Origin: Octopus sinensis
Taxonomy: Eukaryota
Direction of reading: 5' to 3'
Assembly: GCF_006345805.1 (NCBI RefSeq)
Contig: NC_042997.1
Span: 139,066,001 to 139,130,000 of the forward strand
DNA length: 64,000 nucleotides
In this document: positions 13,105-26,789 of the stretch, piece by piece
Layout of the letters: every line of letters begins with the position of its first letter
Position numbering within the stretch: position 1 is the first letter of the stretch
Translations under genes and position numbers: made by a program
The notes under the pieces: generated by a model
Databases searched by the model: none
What the model saw: only the letters and a program-made list of their open reading frames with translations
Told to the model about the DNA's origin: nothing

Positions 13105-13485
13105 TCATATACGCACAACAGATTAAACTGTTAGCGAAGAAAAATTCCTAACATTAGTAGGCTACAAGTAGCTTTGTGTGCCTAGAACCTTCCTCAATCT
13201 CCTTGCTGTCCCTAATAACACTGTTTTCTGGAACGGCACTAAACTAGGTTTTTAATCTATTTTCTCTATTGATCTGTTCAAATATTTAGGGATAGTTCCT
13301 AAGGCACCTATAACTACACTTTAACCGCGCTGTTTATAACCTCTGCAACTCAATGGCTAAGTCCTGGTACTTTGCTATTTTCTGTATGCCATTTACATTC
13401 TCATAATTTGAGACTGTAAAGTCAATTTCCTGGTACTTTCTTTTCCCTTTATCTACTACTACTAAATATTCTAGCTTCACTGGTA
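13105..13485 (-). mobile_element. R4/Dong-type LINE, 3' fragment (RLE endonuclease)
   Basis: LVVVDK..IDFTVSNYENV..KIAKYQDLAIELQRL, followed by a (TTG)n tract at the 3' end. Confidence 0.8.
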
Positions 13486-13489
13486 CGCC

Positions 13490-14720
13490 TGCTCTTCGAC
13501 TTTTTTTGGAAGGGTCAGGTGCCACTGGTCAGGCGATCCATCTGCTGTCAACGACCGCTGAACGGAGGCCTTGGAATGCCGTGGTTGCTGTTGCGCAGAC
13601 ATGCGCTCAGGCTGCGGCATCTCAAGCGCTTCCTAGACGGTGAACAGGTGTGGTCGTCTTTTGTCAGACGCGATTTTCCGCAGCTCGTCTCTTTGACGGA
13701 GCTGCAGACCTGGATCAAACGTAGACCGAGAAAGGGCACTTGGCACCTCGAGTGCCGTCAAGCCCTCTCCGCCCTCCGTCAGGCGGGCAATGCGATCGGT
13801 TACAGCTCCACTCTAGCGTTCTATAGAGGGTTAGTGGAGGAAAAATGCGACGACGTTCTCGGGGAAACTCTAGGCGTTGAAGATGACGAACTGTGCGGTC
13901 TGTTCGGGAGGACTTTCGGGCCGGGGCCGATGGATAATTTCCAGAGGTCTCTCGCCTGGCAGTGCTACCGAGGGGCTCTGCCTGTTCGAGATAAACTCTA
14001 CCGGCACGGAAGTGCCGTCAGCCGGGCCTGCCCGAGGTGTTGCCAGGACGACGAAACCGTTCTGCACGCACTCGTTCAGTGCCCGAGTATTGCTGAAATA
14101 TGGGTTTATGTCGAACAGCTACTGTCACGTGGAGGACGGATCCGACTATCGGCCGAATCCATAGTGAAGATTGCCCCGCCGACCTCCTTTAACAAGGAGG
14201 GCGAGGCGTTTTCTTGTGCCTAGTGGCTGTGGCGAAAGAGGTCGTGTGGTGGACTCGTTTGAAAGGGCTAAAGACAGACACTTTCCTCTTTGGTCAAGGC
14301 CTCATCAACTTTTTCAAGTTTCACTTGAAAAGGAAGATGAGGTTAGAGAGGAAAGTGCTGTCCGATAGCAAGTTTTATGAAAGGTGGGTGAATTGTGCGA
14401 GACTGGCCTGTATAAATGGACCAGTTCTCAGGTTTCGCCTGTGATTTCAAAAAGGTAATACAAAAGGAGAAAAAAAGGGGACTCTCTACACCCCTTTTTT
14501 TGACCAGGCTCCCGTTGGCTTTTGTAGGGTTTTTCCACCAGGAACCTTTCGAAACGTCTCCCCTTTTTGGGAGTTTTTCATTGTTGAATTTTATAAGTTG
14601 TTATAAAGATTTTTACTCGATGTTTTTCAAAAACGGCAAAACCCTTTGTAACCTTTCGTCCTGTCTTGTCCCTTTATGTAATTATGCGTGTCAGCCCTTG
14701 TGGCCAATAAAAAAGAATTT

Positions 14721-14722
<2 letters not shown>
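13490..14722 (+). mobile_element. Tx1/L1-type LINE, 5'-truncated (ORF2 C-terminus, zf-RVT, 3' UTR)
   Basis: ORF 13519-14223 has GGLGMP and CPRCCQDDETVLHALVQC. A frameshift near 14215 continues the frame to a stop at 14444. AATAAA at 14706, then a (TTA)n tract. Confidence 0.9.
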
Positions 14723-14751
<29 letters not shown>

Positions 14752-14804
14752 CTGGTCAGCGAGCTGGCAGAATCGTTAGCGCGCCGTGCGAAATGCTTAG
14801 CCGG

Positions 14805-15810
14805 GCGAAGTGATGCTATTGCCCATGTGTTAACTGCTTGGATTTTATTCCATCCAGTCAATTTTGAGCACAACAATAACCTCAGTTTTCGGAAATACTC
14901 TATCCTCAGTTGCTCTTTCATTTCCTTTTCCGTTATCTCGTTGAACTCTAGTACCCCAAAGTATTTATATCCTTCCGTTTCAATTTGTTTAATTAAGTCT
15001 CTGTTTGGTAATACCATCCCTGCTTGGGACTGTACCTTGCCTCTTTTTAGGTAGATTACTCCGCACTACTTGATTACAAATTCCATTCTAATATCAGTAT
15101 TAAAGCAATGTACCGTGTTCACCACTTGTGTCTCATCTTTGCCATACAGTTTCAAATCATCCATGAAGAGGAGGTGGTTGATTGGGATTTTTAGTTGCTA
15201 CGCCAGGTTCATTTTCCTAAGTACCAAAGTCAGGGGTATCATGCAGAGAACAAAAAGCAACAGATAGGCTATCACCATGGAAAATCCCTCTTGTGATACC
15301 CAGGGTGCCCAAGCTTTTTCCGTAAGATGTCTGTTCAGTTTTCCATCCTACCATACTTCTCTTCAGGAAACACGTTACATACCTCGCAATTTCAAAACAG
15401 ATCTAAGCACTCGATGATCCACGACTGTAGAATCAAGTCATAAGCTTTGCGATAGTCAATCCAGGCCATTCCCAGAGTTGTTCTTCTTCGTTTACAATCT
15501 TGCATTACCATTTTGTCTATCAACAGCTGATCTTTGGTACCTCTGCATCTCCTACAGCTTTTTGTTCCATCTGTAATATATCGTTCTCATCAAGAGATTT
15601 ATACAATTTTTCTGCAATTCCCCCTGATAGTAACTTCCACATTAATGAGAGGCAAGAATTAGTCTGTAATTGTCAGCAGCATTTGCCTTTGATGCATCCT
15701 TCGGTCACAACACCGTTCGTCCTTTTGTCAACCAGCCTGGATTTTTTTCTTCTCCATTGATCAATGCATTAAATTGCTCTGCAATCAATTTATGGCAACT
15801 ACTGAACTTT
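14805..15810 (-). mobile_element. R4/Dong-type LINE, decayed RT fragment
   Basis: GYKYFGVLE..EYFRKLRLLLCSKLTGWNKIQAVNTWA; reverse complement of FMDDLKLYGKDE at ~15135-15170; [10 protein letters not shown]-like block at ~15440-15470. Confidence 0.85.
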
Positions 15811-15859
15811 TTTATCCAAATCATTATTATTGTTGTTGTTGTTGTTGTTGTTGTTTACG

Positions 15860-16400
15860 GTTCCCTTTCATTATAACTTTATTTCAGATACCTTAGTAGC
15901 GGGCATTCTCTAGAGGCCAAGAATAGCAAGGGCACTTTTGTTATGCATGCTAAAATTATCACATTTATTCCATTTTAGATGGAGAATGCTTTCCGTAGTA
16001 TATAGGCTGTACCCATCAAGGTTATCCTTTGTAGTTTACGGAGATTGGAGTTACCAGGGAATTGCATAATATACTTCTCAGCTCCCTTCTTTATCGTTCC
16101 CAACGCACCAATTACTACCGTATTACCGTAGTACTAAGCTTCCACATTTTTGTGATTTAAATTTGCAGATCTATATAGTGAGGAAGCTTTTCGTATTAAT
16201 TTCTTGTGACATTTTGATCTTGTGGGACAGGCATATCTATTAACAGACAAGTTCCTCTGTTGTCACAATATCTGGTCGATTGGAGTCAGTTTTCCTATAT
16301 GTTTGTATTGAGAAGTTCCAAAGGACGGTGACGCACTCGCCATTTACTACATCCTTTGGATGGTGCCTGTACCATTTATCATTCCTTTGCAGCGAAACAA
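15860..16400 (-). mobile_element. R4/Dong-type LINE, 3' fragment
   Basis: KWYRHHPKDVVNGECVTVLWNFSIQTYRKTDSNRPDIV; (TTG)n tract at 15828-15855. Confidence 0.8.
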
Positions 16401-16409
16401 CATAATCAT

Positions 16410-16612
16410 GGCAGCGTGCTGGCAGAATCGTTAGAACGCCGGCGAAATGCTTAGTAGTATTTGCTCTGCCGCTACGTTCTGAGTTCAAATTCAGCCGAGG
16501 TCGACTTTGCCTTTCATCCTTCCGAGGTCGATGAAATAAGTACCAGTTACCACTGGGGTCGCTATAATCGACTAGCCCCCTTCACCCACAATTTTCAAGG
16601 CCAAAAGTAGAA
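16410..16612 (+). mobile_element. SINE family A
   Basis: GCTGGCAGAATCGTTAG head, GAGTTCAAAT B-box-like segment, GGTCGACTTTGCCTTTCATCC body. Further copies at ~14755-14805, 21503-21713, 23215-23415, 39362-39560 and 40362-40560. Confidence 0.85.
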
Positions 16613-16614
16613 AT

Positions 16615-17345
<731 letters not shown>

Positions 17346-17957
17346 TATCAAACTTTGAATACCTGTAATACTTTTGCAAATTTTTCTAGAATAAATTCGG
17401 ATTCAGCGTCAAAAATTGCATCTATATGATACATTAAAAAAAAATTTTAAGGATAATTGTAAACAATGACGAAAACCACAAAAATTCCTCCTATCTCTCA
17501 TAAACTGAGGTAAGGTAACGCTCGTCACCATCGTCATCACCACTATTATTTCTCGACATCGGAAAGTTTCAAGCAACTCTCTATAGCATCATTTGTTGCA
17601 CCTTTGTGTTGCTGTGTGCTGCATCTTTTGCGGGGGCGGGCGATATTGTGCTGTATCAGAACGTTTTGTTATAGAGTTTTGTTTGAGTCTTCTATTATGT
17701 TAGCTTTTATATTGTGTGATATTTAAGTAGCGCTGGTTGTGTTTTTCTGTCGGGTGTCGGCCTTCTTTGGCACATGTGGGTTTTGTTCATTTTGTTGGGT
17801 ATTTACAGAATGAGTTTATTCTTGTGTTTTTGCAGGGTGTTGCATAGTAGTGTGTGTGTGTGTGTGAGAGAGAGAGAGGAAGGGAGAGAGAGATTGTGCA
17901 CCTAAATCAACTAAGCATCCGCTGTTCTGTTGCTTGGTTTTATTATGGGTTCCGTTA

Positions 17958-18022
<65 letters not shown>

Positions 18023-18079
18023 GTATTACTATTATATTATTATTATTATTATTATTATTATCATCACTTTTATTATCAT

Positions 18080-18150
18080 CTTTCAATTCTGTTTCCTTTT
18101 CTTGCCGAGTGCCTTCCAGACATCTAGGGCAGAGAAACGCACTGTATACA
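18080..18150 (-). mobile_element. 3' tip of the LINE family seen at 26790-29806
   Basis: TTTCTTGCCGAGTG.CTTCC.GAC..CTAGGGCA.AGAAAC matches ~26817-26860 and abuts the (TTA)n tract at 17957-18062. Confidence 0.75.
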
Positions 18151-18284
18151 TTTGCAGGCTGTTAAAATAATCACACCAAATTGTTCACTTACAAAGTCAT
18201 GTGATAGAAAACGGAAGAAATGCAGAGAGGAAAATAAAAAAAGATATAAAATAAAAAATAAAGAAAGAAAATAAATTAAATAAT

Positions 18285-18433
18285 AGGCGCAGAAGTGGGT
18301 GTGTGGTAAGTAGCTTGCTTACCAGCCATATGGTACCGGGTTCAGTCCTACTGCATGGAAGCTTGGGCAAGTGTCTTCTACTATAGCCTCGTGAGTGGAT
18401 TTAGTAGACGGAAACTGAAAGAAGCCCGTCGTA
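18285..18433 (+). mobile_element. SINE family B, 5' half, followed by its internal (TA)(TG) microsatellite
   Basis: Matches 55077-55240. Confidence 0.85.
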
Positions 18434-18434
18434 A

Positions 18435-18478
<44 letters not shown>

Positions 18479-18599
18479 TGTGTGTGTGTGTGTGTATGTG
18501 TGTGTGTGTGTGTGTGTAAGAAAGAAAAGAAATATGAGTCACAGAAAATTTGCAGGATAAAATTTATGGTGATATTAGGATCGTATTACATCATTACAA

Positions 18600-18850
18600 A
18601 TTAAATAGGTTTCATGATTAAACGACTTACGCAGAAGAGTAGCAGTCCATAAAAAACAAATAAATCTCCCACAATACCGTCAAATTCCACTCAGTAGCCA
18701 CATAGACTCTTGCGCTAGAGATAAAAATCCCAAATTTAACATATTCCATTTCTACCAATGTAAAGACAGAATCTCTACACAAGAAAGAATCAAAAAGGAG
18801 AATCTTTTTATTGAAAAATTCCAAACGCATCTTAATATACAAACTCCACG
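18600..18850 (+). pseudogene. Penelope-like element, GIY-YIG C-terminal relic
   Basis: Plus strand LRRRVAVHKKQINLPQYRQIPLSSHIDSCARDKNPKFNIFHFYQC..KKENLFIEKFQTHLN resembles the PLE endonuclease tail. Confidence 0.65.
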
Positions 18851-19417
18851 GTGACTATACTCCTTTTTCTAGCGTCCTATCTGACAAAAAACTGATATAA
18901 GCATCCTGTTTGACAAAAAATCCACCATTCCAATTAAAGGGCATAAAATCCACAGAATTGTCTCCCCTTACTCACAGAAATTGGATATCTTCCTCCTATT
19001 TCCTGTTTTGACAAACAATCACCCACTCTTTCAAAATATACACTACATTTAAACACATGCACCCTAATCCTCCAAAGAAGTTTTTCCAAGGACTATTATT
19101 GAACTCTAATAGCATTAAGACCCTACAATGTATTGGTATACTTATTTATTACTTTTTGTATATATATTTTATTATTTTTTTGAAAAAACATTGTAAATTT
19201 CTTTTTCCCCTTCCTCAATTTAAAAAGAAAATTTTTCCCCTTCCAAATCTTTAAAATTTGTCTTGCCATGAAAACCGGTTTGATTTATTATTTTTTTCTT
19301 TTTTCATACATCCATTTTTATTAAAATTTACTTTGAATTTAGCATTCTGCCTTATTATAATTTTTCCTCTCCTTTCATTTCTCCGCGTACGGTTGACACA
19401 ACCTCACTATTTACTGA

Positions 19418-19489
<72 letters not shown>

Positions 19490-19531
19490 ATAGAGAGAGA
19501 GAGAGAGAGGGAGAGAGAGAGAGAGAGAGGG

Positions 19532-19562
<31 letters not shown>

Positions 19563-19710
19563 GAGAGAGAGAGTTCACGAAAAATACAAAAGACGAAGAG
19601 AGGTGGTGTGGAAAACAAACAGGTGTATTAGTATAACGCTCAGGAATTGAAAAAGTCTTTTACGTTTTGAACCTACGCTCTTCTACAGAAAGGGACACAG
19701 AAAAAAAAGC

Positions 19711-19973
19711 AAGGAGAGAAACAAGGAGAGAAAAAGTGTGTGTAGTGGCTACCGATCTATCATGGCGACTGCTGGACAGAAGGGTCACACAGGAGAAGAA
19801 ACCAAAGTCTACATGTAATATTAATATATATATATATATATAATATATTTATATATATATATATATTACATGTAGACTTTGGTTTCTTCTCCTGTGTGAC
19901 CCTTCTGTCCAGCAGTCGCCATGATAGATCGGTAGCCACTACACACACTTTTTCTCTCCTTGTTTCTCTCCTT
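19711..19973. repeat. Perfect inverted repeat, 111-bp arms around a TA-only spacer
   Basis: 19711-19821 equals the reverse complement of 19863-19973. The spacer contains only A and T. Confidence 0.95.
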
Positions 19974-20811
19974 AGTTTTGCGTCTGCGCAGAGATTTGAA
20001 AAGTTAAGATCTGCTAGTAGCCGAGACCAACACATGGTCTCACATCGCTGCAGACCTCGATTCAATTTAGGCGACTCGTTGATGAAGCCAGCCTTAACAA
20101 ACATATTCTGTGTTTTGCTAGAAAGAGGCAGAAACTGATCAGTCCGAAGTGTAAAGTTATCGGTAAACGTTTTTGATTTTCACTCTCGATAAATTCATCT
20201 CCCTTTTGTGTTCCCAGTACTCAGCATCCTAATTTAGGAGCCCTTAATTGTATTACTACATGAATAATATTTTTCTTTATGATTAATATTTTGTCTTATG
20301 ACTAATTCGTCTTTTGTGCTGGGCACCTTGTAGTAACTAATTATTACTACCCTTCTTGTTTATATTCGCATATTACTTGATGAATTTATTCGTAAAATTC
20401 TTCCCGGCATGCCCTATACTGCCGTGTAAGTTTTGCGTCTGCGCAGAGATTTGAAAAGTTAAGATCTGCTAGTAGTCGAGACCAACACATGGTCTCACAT
20501 CGCTGCAGACCTCGATTCAATTTAGGCGACTCGTTGATGAAGCCAGCCTTAGCAAACATATTCTGTGTTTTGCTAGAAAGAGGCAGAAACTGATCAGTCC
20601 GAGGTGTAAAGTTATCGGTAAACGTTTTTGATTTTCACTCTCGATAAATTCATCTCCCTTTTGTGTTCCCAGTACTCGGCATCCTAATTTAGGAGCCCTT
20701 AATTGTATTACTACATGAATAATATTTTTCTTTATGATTAATATTTTGTCTTATGACTAATTCGTCTTTTGCGCTGGCACCTGGTAGTAACTAATTATTA
20801 CTACCCTTCTT

Positions 20812-20818
<7 letters not shown>
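19974..20818. repeat. Direct tandem duplication, period about 455 bp
   Basis: AGTTTTGCGTCTGCGCAGAG starts at 19974 and at 20429. About 390 bp are near-identical, and the second copy ends in (TA)n. Confidence 0.95.
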
Positions 20819-20895
<77 letters not shown>

Positions 20896-21231
20896 ATATA
20901 TATACTGAAGTTTACATCGTTGAACTTTTGAATTTTGGGATTTTTTAAAATTTTCCTTTTCTTTTATAGGTTTTGCTGTGGTTTACAGTTTTCGTAATTG
21001 TGCAGTTTGTATATATTGGCAGGTACTTAATTTTATCTTAAATCTTTATCGTGAGTTTAATTTGTTACAATAAAAGGTATGTTTACATATTCGAGTAGTC
21101 AGAGAGAAAAAGAAAGGTAAAATTTTCACAGAGAATTGTAGATATTAATGTTTTAAACTTTCTAAAGATGATTGTCTGTATATCCGGCCTGAGAAAATTG
21201 TAGTATTGTTGCAATAAAAAGGATACATAAT

Positions 21232-21247
21232 TATTATTATTATTATT

Positions 21248-21290
<43 letters not shown>

Positions 21291-21421
21291 CCACCACCAC
21301 CACCACCACCACCATCATCATCATCACCCCCACCACCACCACCATCACCATCACCATCATTATCATCATTATTATCATCATTATTATTATTATTATTATT
21401 TATTATTATTATTATTGTTAT

Positions 21422-21500
<79 letters not shown>
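21232..21500. repeat. Compound trinucleotide microsatellite (TTA/CAT/CAC/TTG)
   Basis: Direct reading. Confidence 0.95.
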
Positions 21501-21502
<2 letters not shown>

Positions 21503-23089
21503 GGCGGTAAGCCGGTAGAATCGTTAACACGTTGAGCGAAATGCTTCGCGGTATTACGTCCATCTTCAACTTCTGAGTTCAAAGTCCGCTGAGGTCGACT
21601 TGCCTTTCATTCTTTCTGAGTCAATAAAATCAGTACCAGTTGAGTACTTGAACCGATGTATTCGACTATCCCTCTCCTCCTAATTTTAGGCTTTGTGCCT
21701 GTAGTAGAAAGTACTGTTATTATGCTCGATTTTGTTATTTTACCATTAGTTTTCATTTATTTTGTATTTTAACAGAAACCGGCGGATATCGTATTTAAGT
21801 GGATAACTTTTTGAAAAGACAAAATTAAATTTTGTTTCTGTTTACTAATATATGGCTTTGTGACTGTTTGAAATTCCACTCATTACTTGGAGTAGAAAAA
21901 TAGTTTACCTTTGTACTCAAAATAAAACTGACAGTGAAAAAACATCAAACAATGCTTCAAACTTTAAAAATGTTTTACAATAGAATATACGAATAGAATA
22001 ATGAATGCAAAAAAGCCGGCACGACAGCAATGACAACATATCAGAGACAACAACATTTTTTCATCTTTTGCGAAGATTGTGAGTAAATGGGGCAACTCGC
22101 AATTTAAGAAGCGGTTCGAGGAAAAGGGGAAGGAATGTACTAGATATATCAAAGTAATGTTTCTTTGCTGGATGGTTTATCCAGCAAAGAGGGAGGATGG
22201 AAGTCACATAGCTGGAATATTTTTTCCTTAAGGAAATGTAGTGGTCTCTCATAAGTCCCTCAAAACAGGGGCTTCAGAAAGTTCTAGCTGTTTCCAAATA
22301 CCCTATTCCGATCGATTGAGTAAAGCATACGGGAACACGTAGCTGGTCATAAATATCTCGGATCAAGTGAAGAGAAAGATGAAACCGCTGCACATTTACA
22401 TACACGCCGGACAAAATGCTTAGCGGCATTTCGTCCAACTTTACGTTCTGAATTCAAATTCAATGCTACAATACATTGCACCCTAGAATAAGTGGTAGTA
22501 AAGGCTTCCCGATGGATTTTTGCCCGGTCTAGAAGAACGAAGTCACCTTGTCCACAGTGTTAACATAGCAGGGGGCTAATGAAAACCGAAGAAGCTGAGG
22601 AGGCCTCTAGCAGAGGAGCGGTTGCCACTCTCTCACTGGAGAAAGATTTAGATAGAGTTTAGAAGAACAGGAAAACATTGGACATAGAAAGGTAGGCAAA
22701 TGATTGATTCTAAAAATCTAAACAAAATCTGGCAGTTCTTCCTGGAGAGTGTGCCCGATCTCACGAAGAGCCTGAAATCTTCGAAAGGGGATTTCAGACA
22801 CATTTGTGTCAATATTGATTCTAGGAGGGACCCAATTACATATCGTTTGGATTGAGTAGTAGATAGCATCCGAGGGATCATGTCCTGATGATGCGAATCA
22901 CTTTACTGCTCGCCTAAAGTCCCAAATAAGCACGGCTAACTTCGTAATACCCATTTTCAAGATGGTAATCGAAACGGAAGGCAATTAAGACTGCAAGATA
23001 CCCTAAAGTAACATAAGGGGTTGTTTTCACTTTTACATAAGTGGTTGCCTTATTTGTGTCTGATTTACGTACCGAATTCTTGACTTGAT

Positions 23090-23126
<37 letters not shown>

Positions 23127-23420
23127 TATATATGGATATCCCTATAAGTGTTTTTCAGCCCCCTATTGCATGTCCCGTCTTTTGTATCGTTTGTTTTGGG
23201 CCTTACTACTACTACTACTCTAGCAAAATCGTTACCACACCAGGCGAAACGCTTAGCAGCATTTAGTCCGTCTCTACGCTCTGGGGTCAAATTCCCTCGC
23301 GGTCGACTTTATCTTTTATTCTTTCGAGGTCGATGAAACAAGTACCAGTTACGCACTGGGATCGGTATAACCGACTTAACCCAAGGTTTCAGGCCTTGCG
23401 CCTATAGTTGAAAGGATTAC

Positions 23421-23466
<46 letters not shown>

Positions 23467-23667
23467 ATTATTATTATTATCATCATCAACATCATCATCA
23501 TCATCATTATTATTATTATCATCATCAACATCATCATCATCATTATTATTATTATTATAATTATTATTATTATATTATTATTATTATTATTATTATATTA
23601 TTATTATTATTATTACTGAGTGAGAGAACAGGGTATGCCATCTAAGTGACACTGGAGTACAAATATA

Positions 23668-24305
23668 CGAGATCTGATCAATAAGTTTCCGGACTGTTGC
23701 CATAGTTATAGCTTGGCAAAGGTTGACCTTGAATTCTGCTGTGCATACGTACGAAGTCTTAACGTTCTAGCTCACGGCCGAAGGCGTGCAGCGTGTAATC
23801 GTCGCATTGACCATGACAAAGTTGCTATGGCGATACCCCTTCAGAGGCCTAAGCAAATTTGCAGAAAGTGTATGGAGAAGGGTGTATGAGCCGCACACAT
23901 GTGTACGAGTGGGCCGGACGTTTCCAAGATGGCAGAAAAGATGTTCATATTGGCAAACGTTCTGGGAGACCCGCGACCGGCAGAACTGAGAAAAACATCG
24001 CAGGTGTACGTGCAGCTGTGAGGGGAAATCGTCGAACTACCATCCATGAGTTATCAGGGGATGTTCAGGTTAGTTCCGGTGCAGTTCATTCCATCATCAC
24101 TGAAGATTTGCGTATGAGACGCGTGTCTGGCAAGCTTGTGCCACAACTGCTTTCAGCTGACCAAAAAGCCACTCGGGTTTCAATTACACAAGATCTTGAT
24201 TGTGTCGAGAACGATGAAAACTTTTTGAAAACTTTGCGTACACCTCTGAGCAGGTATCGCCAAGCTTTTGGCAAAATTTGATGCAGATTCTCTGCTCAGC
24301 TCATC
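23668..24305 (+). mobile_element. Mariner element, 5' half only, with an inverted N-terminal fragment at its right end
   Basis: TA + CGAGATCTGATCAATAAGTTTCCGGAC TIR. ORF 23859-24281 is a mariner HTH region (VYEWAGRFQDGR..RSGRP..LVPQLLS) and lacks the catalytic D,D34D region. 24232-24305 on the minus strand reads EQRICIKFCQKLGDTCSEVY. Confidence 0.85.
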
Positions 24306-24356
24306 CCTTACACCCAAAATTGATGCCCTTGTAGCAAAATTTGAAACCATTATCAC

Positions 24357-24406
<50 letters not shown>

Positions 24407-24504
24407 TATTACTGAGTGAGAGAGCAGTTCATGCCATCAAAGTGACACTGGGGTAAAATATACGAAGCCCAATATACCCATCATGACTACCCGTCTTATT
24501 ATTA

Positions 24505-24572
<68 letters not shown>

Positions 24573-24575
<3 letters not shown>

Positions 24576-26760
24576 TAGTTTTATTTTTATAGCATGCTTT
24601 CACTTCACTACCGAGCGCAGCTCTGTGTGCCTTGGCTATGTGCTGTGATTGGTTGTGATGCTCTGATGGTTATTGTATGGAAAGTGTTCTGCGTAGGATG
24701 TGTGCAGTGCATAGTAGTGCAATTTTCTGTATGTTATATGTGTTTGTAAGTCCTGGTGTTTTTGTTATGTATTTGTCTGAATATTTTTTTATCATGCCTA
24801 ATGCACCTACTATGATAGGAATTGTTTCTGTTTTCAGAGTCCACATTCTAGTTACCTCTATTTCCAGGTCTTTGTATTTTGAGAGTTTCTCCATTTCTTT
24901 TAGAGACACGTTGTCATCTGCCGGTATTGATACATCAATTAGAAAGCATTTTTTTCTTCATGATCTCTGACAACTATATCTGGTCTGTTGGCCTTAATTC
25001 TCTATCTGTGTGTATCGGCATATCCCAGAGTATGGTTGCTTTCTCGTTTTCTGTGACCTTTTCTGGTGTGTGCCTATACCATCTTTTTTCTGTTGTTATT
25101 CCATAATGTTGGCATAGCTTCCAATGTATGTAGGTTCCAACTCTGTCATGTCTGTGAATATATTCCTTCTTAGCCAGGACTGGGCAGCTAGAGATAATAT
25201 GATTTATTGTTTCTTGTCCATCTCCACATATTCTGCAGTTACTTGTAATATTTCTTTTCATTACATGTTTTTGGTAATTTCTGGTGGGGAGGCTTTGGTC
25301 TTGTGCTGCAATTAAAAATCCCTCTGTTTCTGCTTTGAGTCCTGAGCTTCTCAACCATTGCTGGGATTTTTCTTTGTCTATTTCTTTTGCGTTTAGTTTA
25401 GTCCAGTATTTACCATGAAGGGGATTTTCTTGCCATCGTTTTATCATGGTTCGTTGCTGTTCTATTTTTAGTTTGGATTTCATTTGTTTTATAGCTTTTG
25501 TTGTTTCTTCATCTTCTTCTTCTTCTTCTTCTTCTTCTTCTTCTTCTTCTTCTTCTTCTTCTTCTTCTTCTCTTCTTCTTCTCTTCTTCATGTTTATTAG
25601 GTGGTATGATTTCTTGTTTGTATTTGTCAGCTTCCTTAAATACTGAGAACAGTTTTTTGTATTGCTCGTGTTTTGCCGCTATCTGGATCAGTTTTCCTTC
25701 CTTCTGAAGTAGATATTTTTGCAGTCCTATGGTGGTTATTTTATAGTAGTTTTCCAGCTGTATAAGGCCTCTACCACCTTCTATACGTTGTATATATAGT
25801 CTTTCTATGTCAGATTTTGGGTGATGCATCATAGATCCTGTCATTATTTTTCTTGTTTTCCTATCTATTTTGGTCAGTTCATTTCGTGTCCAGTTAAGGA
25901 TATTGTAGCTGTAACTTATAACTGGGACAGCTAAAGTGTTGATACCTATTATCTTGTTTTTAGCATTGAGCTCTGTTTTTAGTATTGATCTAACTCGTCT
26001 ATAATATTCTTTTTTTATTTTCTCTTTCATTTGTGTGTGTTGTGTCTTATCTAGTTCATGGATTCCTAAGTATTTGTAAGTTTGGCTTTGGTCTAATTCT
26101 TTTATTTCATTGGTTTTATCTAGTGTGATGTTGTTACTCTTAACTAGTTTTCCTCTTTTCATGGTTACTTTGGCGCATTTTTCTAATCCAAATTTCATAT
26201 CTATTTCTTTGGTAAATCCATGAACTGTCTTTAATAGTGTTTCCAGCTGTTTGTCATTTGCAGCGTATAGTTTTAGGTCATCCATATATAAAAGGTGGCT
26301 GATCGTTTTGCCGTAACATTTATATCCGCATCCAGTTCTATTTAGCATATCAGATAGAGGTGACAGTGCCAAGCAGAAAAAGAGTGGAGAGAGCGTGTCT
26401 CCCTGGAATATTCCTCTTCTAATGGGGATGTCTTTGGTTTTCATGAGTCCCTCTTTTGTTTGGAGGTGTAGGACTGTTTGCCATTTATTCATAGAGTGCT
26501 CTATGAATTTTATGATTGTTGGTGCTACTTTGTTAATGGCTAGTGTTTCGAGGATCCATGTGTGGGGGATGCTATCAAACGCCTTTTTGTAGTCAATCCA
26601 GGCCATACTGAGGCCTTTCTTCTTTCTATGGCTGTCTTCAGTTATGGCTTTATTAATCATTAGTTGATTTTTACAGCCATATGAGCCTTTGCGGCATCCT
26701 TTCTGCTCTTCTGGGAACAGTTTGTTTTCGTCCAGGTGCTTGTTCAGCCTTTGCGATATC
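24573..26760 (-). mobile_element. R4/Dong-type LINE copy E1 (RT, CCHC finger, RLE endonuclease), 5'-truncated
   Basis: ORFs 25509-26660 (AWIDYKKAFD, GIFQGDTLSP, YMDDLKLY, KYLG), 24974-25591 (CRICGDGQETINHIISSC) and 24670-24909 (EKLSKYKDLEIEV). (TAA)n tracts on both sides. Confidence 0.95.
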
Positions 26761-26789
26761 TTATTATTATTATTATTATTATTACTTCT

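Noticed and set aside
22200-22900. Possible LINE relics (LISPSKQGLQK..KYLG, and an ORF1-like stretch)
   Set aside because: Suggestive but too decayed to assign a family or boundaries without a search.
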